From a virus: 64,000 nucleotides of DNA. Shown here piece by piece: positions 51,221-59,240 of the stretch; the first letter of the stretch is position 1; every line of letters begins with the position of its first letter. The notes beneath the pieces were generated by a model, which saw nothing but the letters and a program-made list of their open reading frames with translations, did no database searches and had not been told where the DNA came from. The position numbers and the translations under genes are program-made. The stretch covers positions 1-64,000 of IMG/VR virus record IMGVR_UViG_3300050821_009780. The stretch is one strand, 5' to 3'.

Positions 51221-51326
51221 TAGTATCCCTCAGTGTCAACGGTTCAGGGATACTAAGGGCTACTGAGTAGGCGGCGATCACCCGAAGTTGACTCAAGACA
51301 ACGTTGGAACTAGGCTCAAGCCTAGC
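51221..51326. promoter_or_regulatory. Divergent control region with a 10-bp inverted repeat and two variant operators
   Basis: TAGTATCCCT-N15-AGGGATACTA (51221-51255) encloses a minus-strand TTGACA. AGTTGA-CTCAAG-ACAACG lies at 51286 and ACTAGG-CTCAAG-CCTAGC at 51309. Confidence 0.55.
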
Positions 51327-51411
51327 CGGTACCGCTCACGGCTGAGCACGGCCGGCTCCGGAATTAGATTCCTCCGGACCCTGCGGGAATCTTGAACAGA
51401 GATGTACCCGA

Positions 51412-51855
51412 ATGACAGGAACCATCACCACCAACGCCCCCCTGCGCGGACTGCTGCGCACCGCACGGCGCCACACGCGGCTGTCGCAGAAGGAAGCGGC
51501 AGCGAAGGCCGGGGTGTCCTCGGCCTGGTGGAAGCGCGTGGAATCCGCCTACGAAACCTCAGTCTCCGCCGAGACCCTGGCCGACATGCTCGACGCCGTC
51601 GGCGTCCTGCCGGGCCACCTGGACGACCTGGGCGAGCACGTCCTGGCCGAGCTGATCATTGCCCGGCAGTCGTTCCGCGACACGGTCACCTCCTCCCAGG
51701 AAAGCCTGGAGGAGTACCTCATGAACGCCCCCGCTGCGGACGACCTGCGGCACGAACTTATCACCTACGTCCGCACGAGAAGCGTGCTGCGTACTATACG
51801 TAGTGACCCGTTCACCGACCAGTTCCATCCCGATTCGGCGGAGAAGCACAGATGA
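51412..51855 (+). CDS. XRE-family HTH transcriptional regulator
   Basis: LLRTARRHTRLSQKEAAAKAGVSSAWWKRVES..SAETLADMLDAVGV. Confidence 0.85.
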   Translation: MTGTITTNAPLRGLLRTARRHTRLSQKEAAAKAGVSSAWWKRVESAYETSVSAETLADMLDAVGVLPGHLDDLGEHVLAELIIARQSFRDTVTSSQESLEEYLMNAPAADDLRHELITYVRTRSVLRTIRSDPFTDQFHPDSAEKHR

Positions 51856-52334
51856 TATTCAACGCAGTCACCGCCGTGACACTCGCCCCGACGGCAGTCA
51901 GCGCATCCTACTCGGCCCTGCAGGCAGAGACGAGACTGCTCATCCAGCTGAGCTTCTACGCCGCCCTGCTGTTCCTGGTGCTCTACACCATCCGCACCGC
52001 CTGGTGGCACACCGTGCACGGCCGGACGCTCGCGGCGCTGGCAGCCGCCTTCATCATCGTGATGCTGCGCGTCATGCTGGTGTACTGGCACCTCCTCGGC
52101 TCCCCCGACAAGGCCCCCGACGCCCTGGACTGGGGGTCCACCAGCTGCCTGCTGCTGGCTCCGCTGGCGTTCCTCACGATGAGCTGGCAGCTGGCGCGCA
52201 AGCCGGTCCGGCGCTGGGCGGCGAAGCTGCGGCCGAGGCACCCGGCACCGGGCGACGACCCGCTGGGTCCCGGGGCACCGGAGAAGAAGCTGAGCGAGTA
52301 CCCGGAGCGCAACCCGCGGCACAGCCAGGACTAG
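51852..52334 (+). CDS. Three-TM membrane protein, similar in layout to 43738-44127
   Basis: Coupled to the XRE gene (ATGA); FLVLYTIRTAWWHTVHGRTL motif; three TM helices. Confidence 0.65.
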   Translation: MIFNAVTAVTLAPTAVSASYSALQAETRLLIQLSFYAALLFLVLYTIRTAWWHTVHGRTLAALAAAFIIVMLRVMLVYWHLLGSPDKAPDALDWGSTSCLLLAPLAFLTMSWQLARKPVRRWAAKLRPRHPAPGDDPLGPGAPEKKLSEYPERNPRHSQD

Positions 52335-52849
52335 GACAGCGCGTCGGTCCAGCCGCCGATGTACACCGCGTAGACCGCGCTCCCGGACAGCATCCAGTCG
52401 CCGTCGGGCACGGCTGTCCAGTCCGGCTCGGTGAGCAGCGCGCAGCCGAAGGTCACCAGGTCGCCCCAGGCGACGGTGTCCGCATCGCGGCGGTGCAGGT
52501 GGTTGTTGACGGCGGTGAACAGGGCGTTGGCCCGGTTGGCGGTGTCGGAGCTGGTGCGGATGACGCCCCCGGCCTGGTCGCGCACCGGGTCGGCCCAGAT
52601 GTCCACCCGGAGCCGGCGGAATCGCTGGCTGCCGCCCAGGGGCGGCGCGGACCAGCCGCCGTAGTCGGAGCAGACCACGGCCAGCTGGCTGGTGCCCTTC
52701 ATGTTGACCAGGATGTCCCCGGCGAACAAGTACGGCTGCCCCTGGTTGCCGCCCACCGGGTCGGACAGGCTGAAGCTGCCGAGCAGCGAGGTCACGTCGC
52801 TGAACTGGGACAGGTACTTCCGGCCGCCGGTGCCGACATCGTCAGGCAC
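52331..52849 (-). CDS. Tail terminator/completion-like protein
   Basis: GTG at 52849; FRRLRVDIWADP..RANALF..HLH; position in the neck module. Confidence 0.55.
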   Translation of the reverse strand: MPDDVGTGGRKYLSQFSDVTSLLGSFSLSDPVGGNQGQPYLFAGDILVNMKGTSQLAVVCSDYGGWSAPPLGGSQRFRRLRVDIWADPVRDQAGGVIRTSSDTANRANALFTAVNNHLHRRDADTVAWGDLVTFGCALLTEPDWTAVPDGDWMLSGSAVYAVYIGGWTDALS

Positions 52850-52985
52850 GGTACTCGTCCCCCGCGCGCCTGACCGCCTGGGCGGTGCAGGCCGCGCAGC
52901 GGCAGCGGAAGAAGCGCCGCCGCTTCCGGGGCGGCGGCTCCTGCTCGGGCTCCTGCTCGGGCTCCTGCGGTTCCTCGTCGGCCAT
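52842..52985 (-). CDS. 47-aa peptide (acidic EPEQ repeats, basic patch, CxCxxC)
   Basis: The ATG at 52985 overlaps the TTA of the upstream gene. Confidence 0.45.
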   Translation of the reverse strand: MADEEPQEPEQEPEQEPPPRKRRRFFRCRCAACTAQAVRRAGDEYRA

Positions 52986-53326
52986 AACGTCCCTACCAGG
53001 ATGCCGGTGTCGGTGCCGTCGCCGGCAACCCAGGTGAACTCGCCCTCGGCCCCGACCGGCCGGTGCATCATGCAGCGGCAGCAGTAGGTGGCCCCGTAGA
53101 AGCCGGGCCGCCGGGCGTACGTCTCGCACAGCGCCAGGCCCATGGTGGTGACCGCGCCGCACTCCGGGTCGTGGTGGAGGTAGGAGCGGTACACCGGGCG
53201 GACGAACCCCTTGGCCCGCTCCTCCTCGCTGAGCACCAGGTACTTGCTGTTCATGCCCTTGGGCTCGCGGTCGGCCCCGTGACCCAGCTCCGGGTCGTCC
53301 GGGTCGGTGGTCAGTCCCGTACCCAT
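52985..53326 (-). CDS. Zn-binding hypothetical protein ending at a TTA codon
   Basis: YLVLSEEERAKGFVRP..H..CG..TTM..ETYAR.P.FYGATYCCRC..H...LVGT-TTA. The formal ORF reads on into the tail terminator gene. Confidence 0.6.
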
Positions 53327-53327
53327 G

Positions 53328-53798
53328 TCAGCCTCCCGAGCGCGGCGCAAGGCCGCCGGCCGGGGCGGCACCGCCACTGCCGTCGGTCACGTAGTCCCAG
53401 ACCGCCTGCCGCACGCCCCGCTCGAACTGGGGGCCGCCGCCGTCGGTGTAGGCGCCGAAGAAGTTGTGGCCTCCCTCGGGATGGTTGTGCGTGGCGCGGT
53501 GGCCGCGGGCCAGCTCGTAGATGCCGGGGTAGCGGGAGTAGTCGATCTCTCCCTCCCAGTCATCGATGCCGGCGCTGGACCGGGTGATGCCGGACCCCTT
53601 GAGGTACCCGGTGATCACGTGCACGTGGGCCTCGGTGAGGACGGCGCCGAGCGCGAGCGCCGCCTCCATGGCGAGCAGGGTCTCCCCGGCCGGGCCCTTG
53701 ATGAGCCGGTCCAGCTCCGGCCCGGCGGCGTGGGGGAAGCCGTAGAGCTCGGAGTTCACCTGCCAGGAGACGCTGACGTGGCTGAAGCTGATGGCCAT
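53328..53798 (-). CDS. Neck protein (HK97 gp10-like)
   Basis: VHVITGYLKGSG motif and YPGIYE; position. Confidence 0.55.
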   Translation of the reverse strand: MAISFSHVSVSWQVNSELYGFPHAAGPELDRLIKGPAGETLLAMEAALALGAVLTEAHVHVITGYLKGSGITRSSAGIDDWEGEIDYSRYPGIYELARGHRATHNHPEGGHNFFGAYTDGGGPQFERGVRQAVWDYVTDGSGGAAPAGGLAPRSGG

Positions 53799-53824
53799 GC
53801 CTGTCCAATCGGGGGCTTGCCGGG

Positions 53825-54259
53825 CTAGTGGATGTGCTGGATAACGGCGATGATGACCTCGGTCACGATGACGACAACAGATATCACCGCACCGATGATG
53901 AGCATGCGCTGCTGCACGACCGCCTGGTCTTTCCGGCGGATCTCCTTCTCGGTCCGGGCCCCGGTCTCGATGACCGACAGCCGGTCCTCGATGGCGCGCA
54001 GCCGGAGATCGACCGAGACGGCATGCTGGTCGAACAGGTCGCGTCCTACCTTGGTCCCCGCGATATCCCCCATCGCGTCCCGGAACTCGTTCATCCCGCC
54101 CAGCCGCACGGCGAGGTCAGCCGCGGTCTGGGACACCTGGGCACGCTGCTCACTGAACCGCCGGTCCATCTCCCCCTGCAGCTCGCGGTAGATGTGGTCG
54201 ATGTACTCGCGGAAAGAAACGCCGTCAGCTGGCGCCTCCTGGTGACGATGGATGGCCAT
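53825..54259 (-). CDS. Coiled-coil protein with a C-terminal TM helix (moron)
   Basis: SFREYID..MNEFRDAM..; C-terminal hydrophobic helix; flanked by a 25-bp direct repeat. Confidence 0.6.
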   Translation of the reverse strand: MAIHRHQEAPADGVSFREYIDHIYRELQGEMDRRFSEQRAQVSQTAADLAVRLGGMNEFRDAMGDIAGTKVGRDLFDQHAVSVDLRLRAIEDRLSVIETGARTEKEIRRKDQAVVQQRMLIIGAVISVVVIVTEVIIAVIQHIH

Positions 54260-54275
54260 GCCTGTCCCATCGGGG

Positions 54276-54611
54276 CTATCTGGGCTGCGCCAGGTGCTTC
54301 TTCAGCTCCTCGTGCCGCTTGTCGATGTGCAGCTTGATGTCCCCGGAGGTGAGCCCGGTGGTGACGAGGGAGAACGTGGCCGCGAACAGCGGGATGACGG
54401 TGAGCATCATGGCGACGGCGATGGCGTGCGGGGCCCAGCCGTGCGGGGCGACATCGCCGTAGCCGACCGTGGTGGCGGTGGTGACGGCGAAGTACAGGCC
54501 CACGGCAGCGGAGACATGCTGGGCGGCGGCGAACAGCAGGCCGAGAACGATGTCCAGTGCCACGGCGGCGGCCATGATGCCCGCCGCCCGCCTGTGGTGC
54601 CTGTTGCCCAT
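54276..54611 (-). CDS. Minimal 2-TM potassium channel (KcsA/Ion_trans_2-like), 111 aa
   Basis: TM1, pore helix (GLYFAVTTATT), selectivity filter TVGYGD, TM2; the ATG at 54611 overlaps the upstream TGA. Confidence 0.85.
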   Translation of the reverse strand: MGNRHHRRAAGIMAAAVALDIVLGLLFAAAQHVSAAVGLYFAVTTATTVGYGDVAPHGWAPHAIAVAMMLTVIPLFAATFSLVTTGLTSGDIKLHIDKRHEELKKHLAQPR

Positions 54612-54973
54612 CAGCCCCCCTGCCCCCCCAGCAGTGCCACTATCTGCTCCAGCAGCTCGCGCTCGGACTTCTCGGGCCTGGCCTTCTCGTGGTGGATGTT
54701 GCACCAGGGGGTGCCGCTGACCTTGTGCCGCCCGATGCGCAGGCAGCCGGGCTCGTGGCAGTTCAGGCTGTGCCACAGGCCGAGGATCATGCCGCTGAAC
54801 CCGAGCGCGGTGATGATCATGGGGCCGACGCCGGACACGAAGTCGTAGTTCTGCGACGCCTGGGTGTCGATGCCGAAGAAGTGCGCCCAGCCGTGCTCGT
54901 ACATGACCAGCGCCCAGGCGCCTCCTGCCCCGAGGAGAATCCCGGAGAGGAACAGGACCGCGAACCGCCTCAC
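54611..54973 (-). CDS. Two-TM membrane protein with a C-terminal Cys/His motif
   Basis: GTG at 54973; CHEPGCLRIGRH..WCNIHH; coupled to the K+ channel gene. Confidence 0.6.
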   Translation of the reverse strand: MRRFAVLFLSGILLGAGGAWALVMYEHGWAHFFGIDTQASQNYDFVSGVGPMIITALGFSGMILGLWHSLNCHEPGCLRIGRHKVSGTPWCNIHHEKARPEKSERELLEQIVALLGGQGG

Positions 54974-55461
54974 GGGGCACCTCCGGGGAAGGGCGTCGGG
55001 CTGCCGGGACCGGACTGGGCCGCGACCTCGACGACCTGGGTCTCGCAGTGCGCCGCGCCGCGGTAGGACTGGAGCTGATCGGCCGGGTTGCGCATCTCGA
55101 AGGTACCGGAGACGGGGCCGGAGACGCACAGGAACCGGTCGCCCGCCTTCACCAGCGGCACCCCGCCGGCATCGGTGACCGGGTCGTAGTACATGACGCC
55201 GAACCGGTCCTGCGGGCGGCCCGCCGTCAGCGGCGGCGGCTGATCCTTGCCGGGGCGCAGCCGGCCGAGGGCGATGCGGCAGGCGAGCAGGCCGGGCTGG
55301 TCGAGCACCACGTCCACCACGTCGGGGACCGCGTTCCAGGTGATGGACATGCCGCCGGACTCCTCCAGCACCGGGAGCAGCCGCAGCACCTGCACCACCG
55401 AGGAGTACAGGCCGCGGACCGGGGACAGGCCGGCCTGGTAGGGCTGGTAGGGAGTCGTCAC
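54970..55461 (-). CDS. Head closure/stopper-like protein
   Basis: Follows the adaptor; LVKAGDRF..SGTFEM..HCETQVVE. Confidence 0.55.
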   Translation of the reverse strand: MTTPYQPYQAGLSPVRGLYSSVVQVLRLLPVLEESGGMSITWNAVPDVVDVVLDQPGLLACRIALGRLRPGKDQPPPLTAGRPQDRFGVMYYDPVTDAGGVPLVKAGDRFLCVSGPVSGTFEMRNPADQLQSYRGAAHCETQVVEVAAQSGPGSPTPFPGGAP

Positions 55462-55534
55462 GGGTACCTCACGCTTGGGGCAGGAGCAGAGCCCCAGGTC
55501 ACGTCACTGCCCCTGCCGACGTTGACCATCGGGC

Positions 55535-56143
55535 CTACCCGGTGCCGGGGTCGCCGGGGAACGATTCTGCATTCACGTCCGGGCCGAAGCCGGGGATGTC
55601 CACCTTGTTGAAGTCGCCGGGCCCGAGGAGCACCATCTCCCCGGTGCGGCGGTCCTCGCGCAGCATGATGCCGATGTCCCGGTCGGCGCTGTCGCCGCTG
55701 CGGTCGAAGCAGCGGAGCTGGCCGAAGAACACCCCGCCGGCCCGGGTGCGCTTGGACAGGTACTGCACGGCGGTATCCCACAGCTCGACGCCGGTCGAGC
55801 CGATGCCCAGTTCCTGGGCCTGCACGTTGCGGACCTGGATGGGCGGCGGCTTGCTGAAGGTGTAGTCGCCGATGGTCTCGCTCATGGCCGGGCTGGCGAC
55901 CATCTGCTGGTAGGGCTGCTTGAGGTAGGTCCAGTCGGCGTAGGCGAGGATGCCGTACACGGCGAGCTGCTGGTCGTCGCTGTTGAGCGCGGCGAAGTCG
56001 GAGTTGTTGCCGTAGTTGACCTCGGTGACGGTGGTGAAGATGATGGTCGCCTGGATCAGGGCGGACGTGGCGTAGCTGGTGTAGCTGGTCTCCGGGCGGC
56101 CGGAGAACTCGGCCAGCTGCGCGAGGGACGGGACCGGTATCAC
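55535..56143 (-). CDS. Head-tail adaptor-like protein
   Basis: PSLAQLAEFSGR N-terminus and SETIGDYTFSK motif. Confidence 0.65.
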   Translation of the reverse strand: MIPVPSLAQLAEFSGRPETSYTSYATSALIQATIIFTTVTEVNYGNNSDFAALNSDDQQLAVYGILAYADWTYLKQPYQQMVASPAMSETIGDYTFSKPPPIQVRNVQAQELGIGSTGVELWDTAVQYLSKRTRAGGVFFGQLRCFDRSGDSADRDIGIMLREDRRTGEMVLLGPGDFNKVDIPGFGPDVNAESFPGDPGTG

Positions 56144-56574
56144 CCCAGCAGCCTCCGGACGTACTCGTAGGCGGCGTAATCGCTCGCGCTGGCGGTGTGC
56201 ACGCCCGCGTTGCCGCGGTGGTGCTTGACGCAGAGCAGCTCCAGGTTCTCCGCGCTCTCGACCCACGCCCCGACGCCCATGGTGGAGACCCCCGGGTAGG
56301 CAGGCTCCAGCAGCGCCAGGTCAACGCTGTTCAGCGTCGCGAACTCGATAATCCGGTGATGGCACTCCAGCGGGTTGGCGTTGTCGCACTCGCTGGTATC
56401 ACCGCCGCGGTAAGCCTTGGCGAAGTCGCAGTAGTACGTCCCCGCCTTGCGGCGCAGCGCCTTGTAGGCGTGGAAGTCGGCGTAGTGCGGATCAGAGGTG
56501 CGCGGGCCGTGCTCGGGATAGGACACCGAGTACGAGTGGGTCACCTTCTGGACGTGCGCCGGGACATCCGTCAT
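56140..56574 (-). CDS. HNH-like protein
   Basis: LECHH..NLELLCVKHHRG..GVH. Confidence 0.6.
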   Translation of the reverse strand: MTDVPAHVQKVTHSYSVSYPEHGPRTSDPHYADFHAYKALRRKAGTYYCDFAKAYRGGDTSECDNANPLECHHRIIEFATLNSVDLALLEPAYPGVSTMGVGAWVESAENLELLCVKHHRGNAGVHTASASDYAAYEYVRRLLG

Positions 56575-56590
56575 GTCCTGGTAATCGGGA

Positions 56591-56983
56591 CTACAGCAGG
56601 GCGGAGATGTCCACGACCGGGCCGAGGGTGTGCGGCACGGAGACCCCGGTCACCGGGACCGGGTTGAGGATGTCCGGGGTGTTCAGCCGCTGGGTGATCG
56701 TGTAGGTGAAAGACGGGGACACCGCGTCGGTGCAGACAACGGTGACCGGGACCGCGGTGCCGTTGGTCACGGTGAGCACGGTGCTGCCCTCCAGCACCGC
56801 CCAGCCGGGAATGTACGCCGGCTCGCTCGGGGTCAGGATGATGTCGCCGTCGAGCAGCTCGCCGCCGGTGCCGACCAGGGACTCGCCGGTGACGGTGATG
56901 ACGCCCAGCCAGAACGGGAACGGGACACGGGTGACCACGGCGTCGGCGGCGGTGCCGGCATCGCTGTCGGAGATCGCGGTCAT
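56591..56983 (-). CDS. Putative virion accessory protein
   Basis: N-terminal SDSDAGTAAD motif followed by a beta-rich domain. Confidence 0.5.
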   Translation of the reverse strand: MTAISDSDAGTAADAVVTRVPFPFWLGVITVTGESLVGTGGELLDGDIILTPSEPAYIPGWAVLEGSTVLTVTNGTAVPVTVVCTDAVSPSFTYTITQRLNTPDILNPVPVTGVSVPHTLGPVVDISALL

Positions 56984-56990
56984 GGCCCTG

Positions 56991-57641
56991 CTACCAGGGG
57001 ACCAGGGACTGGGAGCCGTCCCCGGCCGCGTGCGCGGGCACCGAGACGCCGCGGGACCAGCGGCTGGCCGCGGCGGTGCTCAGGGGGATCTCCGCCCCCG
57101 GCGGCGGCGCGGCACCGGGCCAGGGGCCGAAGTCGAAGAAGATCCGGCCGTACCGGGCGTACTGCTCGGCCTTGGACAGCCTGATCCAGGTCAGCGCGGA
57201 CTCCCACTTGGGGTGCTTCGGGCCGATCTGTAGCATCTCGCCGACCTGCCACACCTTGCCGCCCCAGGTGAAGCCGTCCTCGACGAAGTGCACCATGATG
57301 GTCTTCTCGCTCGGGTCCGCAATCTGGGTGACATCGCGGACCTGCTGCTCGGCGGCGAGGTTGGCGGCGAGCACCTGGGCGTGCTCCCGGTCGCGGGCCG
57401 CCTGCTCCTGGGCGGTCAGCGGGCGCTGCACCGCCTCCCGGACGGCCTCCAGGTCCACCCGGGGGCCGAGGTCCACGGAGCCGAGGGGCAGGCCGCACTC
57501 GCCGCAGAAGCGGGTCCCTGCGGCGTTGGCGTGGCCCAGCGGGCACTCGGCCGAACCGGGCTGCGCCGGGGCGGCAGGGGCCGCCTCCGGGCCGTCCAGC
57601 CGCCTTGCCGCCTTGACCACGTCCACCAGGTAATCCGCCAT
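56991..57641 (-). CDS. Zn-ribbon-containing hypothetical protein
   Basis: CPLGHANAAGTRFCGECG. Confidence 0.55.
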   Translation of the reverse strand: MADYLVDVVKAARRLDGPEAAPAAPAQPGSAECPLGHANAAGTRFCGECGLPLGSVDLGPRVDLEAVREAVQRPLTAQEQAARDREHAQVLAANLAAEQQVRDVTQIADPSEKTIMVHFVEDGFTWGGKVWQVGEMLQIGPKHPKWESALTWIRLSKAEQYARYGRIFFDFGPWPGAAPPPGAEIPLSTAAASRWSRGVSVPAHAAGDGSQSLVPW

Positions 57642-57898
57642 GTCAGGTCCGATCGTCTGGGGCACGGAGGTTCCGGCCATCGTACTGCTCCACGGTGTAA
57701 GCATTGCCAGCCAGGACCCTGATGACCAGCCCCCGGTAGCCGTACAGGTCCAGGGGATAGGCAGCGTAGCGGTACCAGCGCGGGTTCAGCCGGTAGTGGT
57801 GCAGCCACTGCAGGTACCACCGGAGGTTCCGGGCGATGACCGGCACCGGAGGCTGGTTGGCCGCGAGCGCCTGCGCGTGCCCCGGACTGCTGTACTGC

Positions 57899-58366
57899 TC
57901 ACTCATCCGGGTGCAGCGCCTGCCCGCGCGGTCCCTTGCCATCGCGGGGCAGCCCACACGCCAGGCAGGTCTCCGGGGCCATGGCCCAGGCGGTGAACTG
58001 CTCCGGGTCGGCGGGCGGGGTGTAGGCATGCGGCACCGGGCGGGCATCGACACTGATCCCGCCCTCGGCGGTGCGCTTCACCACGACGCGCAGGGCCGGC
58101 CGGCCGCTGCCCGAGCAGCCGGGGCACGCCTGGGCGGTGGGGCTGTCCGCGCCGAGGACCCCGAAGCCGAGGCAGTCCTCGCACAGGCCGAGGCCGGGGC
58201 AGTCCTCGCGGCGCAGCGGGTGCACCTCGGCCTCGGGGTACATCTGCGGCAGGTGCTGGCCGAGGATGTTGACCTCGGTCCAGTCGGTGTGCTTGCTGTG
58301 CGCCGGGCCGAGCTTCCGGGCCCCGCAGGGCAGCGGGCCGGACAGGACCCACGCGGCGGTGCTCAC
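57899..58366 (-). CDS. Protein with DnaJ-like CxxCxGxG zinc-finger repeats
   Basis: CEDCLGFG and CPGCSGSG. Confidence 0.5.
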   Translation of the reverse strand: MSTAAWVLSGPLPCGARKLGPAHSKHTDWTEVNILGQHLPQMYPEAEVHPLRREDCPGLGLCEDCLGFGVLGADSPTAQACPGCSGSGRPALRVVVKRTAEGGISVDARPVPHAYTPPADPEQFTAWAMAPETCLACGLPRDGKGPRGQALHPDE

Positions 58367-58500
58367 TGCTCCTCCAGCAGCTCGTCCACCTCGTCCAGGT
58401 CGATGTCCAACCCGGCGGTGTCCAGCGCGGGCAGCGGCCACGCCTGCTCGTGCGGCTCGGCGCGGCGGCTCCGGCGGCGCTGCTTCTGGATGAACTTCAT
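58363..58500 (-). CDS. 45-aa Pup-like peptide
   Basis: The C-terminal LDIDLDEVDELLEEQ resembles the Pup core DDLLDEIDDVLEE but lacks the GGQ/E terminus. Confidence 0.4.
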   Translation of the reverse strand: MKFIQKQRRRSRRAEPHEQAWPLPALDTAGLDIDLDEVDELLEEQ

Positions 58501-59240
58501 ACCACTAGTACCCCCGGCTCGCACGGGAACACGATCTCCCGGTAGTCTTGAGGGCCGTATCGCGAAGTATAACAGCCGGAGCGGTGCTGCGCATAGAAGT
58601 ACTCCGACAGCGGCCAGGAGGTCTGGGTGGAGGCCAGCCCGCAGTGCATCACCCGCGACCGGGCCGGGAACACGCTGGCCAGGCCGCTGTTCTTCACCTG
58701 CAGCATCAGGTTCAGGTCCCAGCTCTCCGGGTTGCCGTGATCGCCCGGCCCCCAGTGAGGAGCGATGACGTTCTCCCACCGGTCGCGCCAGGTGCCCCAC
58801 ACCAGGGGGCTGAACCAGGGGGCGCGGGCGACGACGGCGGGATCCTTGAGCCTGCTGGCCCGGGTGTGCGCGCAGACCGCGGCCACGTCCTTGTCCTGCG
58901 CGTAGGCATCCCTGGCCCAGGCGAGGTACTCCAGGGTGTCGTCGGCGACCTCCAGATCCTCCTCGGCGACGACGGCGAAATCCTCCCGCTCCAGCGCCAG
59001 CTCCGCCGCGCGGCGGGTGTTGCGCAGGCAGCCCAGCCGCTCGTCCGCGACGTGCACCGAGGAGCCAGGGAAGCTGCGCGCGGCGAACGCGGCGAACTCG
59101 GCGGCGGGGAAGTTGTTCGCCGGCGGCTCCAGCGCGAACAGCATCGTGGCCTCGCGCACCCCCCGGACCTTCGCCCACGACTCCAGCGCGGCCCGCAGGT
59201 ACTGCTGCCGCAGGCAGGAGACGGTGAACGCGACGATCAC
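58497..59240 (-). CDS. GT-A glycosyltransferase resembling the GnT-I (GT13) family
   Basis: VVAEEDLEVADDTLEYL..AAVCAH..WFSPLVWGTWRDRW..SWD..VFPARSRVMHCG parallels the GnT-I motifs EDDLEVAPDFFEYF..CVSAW..FFPGLGW..WDDW..RPEISRT. Confidence 0.7.
   Translation of the reverse strand: MIVAFTVSCLRQQYLRAALESWAKVRGVREATMLFALEPPANNFPAAEFAAFAARSFPGSSVHVADERLGCLRNTRRAAELALEREDFAVVAEEDLEVADDTLEYLAWARDAYAQDKDVAAVCAHTRASRLKDPAVVARAPWFSPLVWGTWRDRWENVIAPHWGPGDHGNPESWDLNLMLQVKNSGLASVFPARSRVMHCGLASTQTSWPLSEYFYAQHRSGCYTSRYGPQDYREIVFPCEPGVLVV

Noticed and set aside
51200-52334. Integration/lysogeny module
   Set aside because: No integrase, excisionase, ParA or att-like tRNA fragment is visible in the window, so lifestyle cannot be called.
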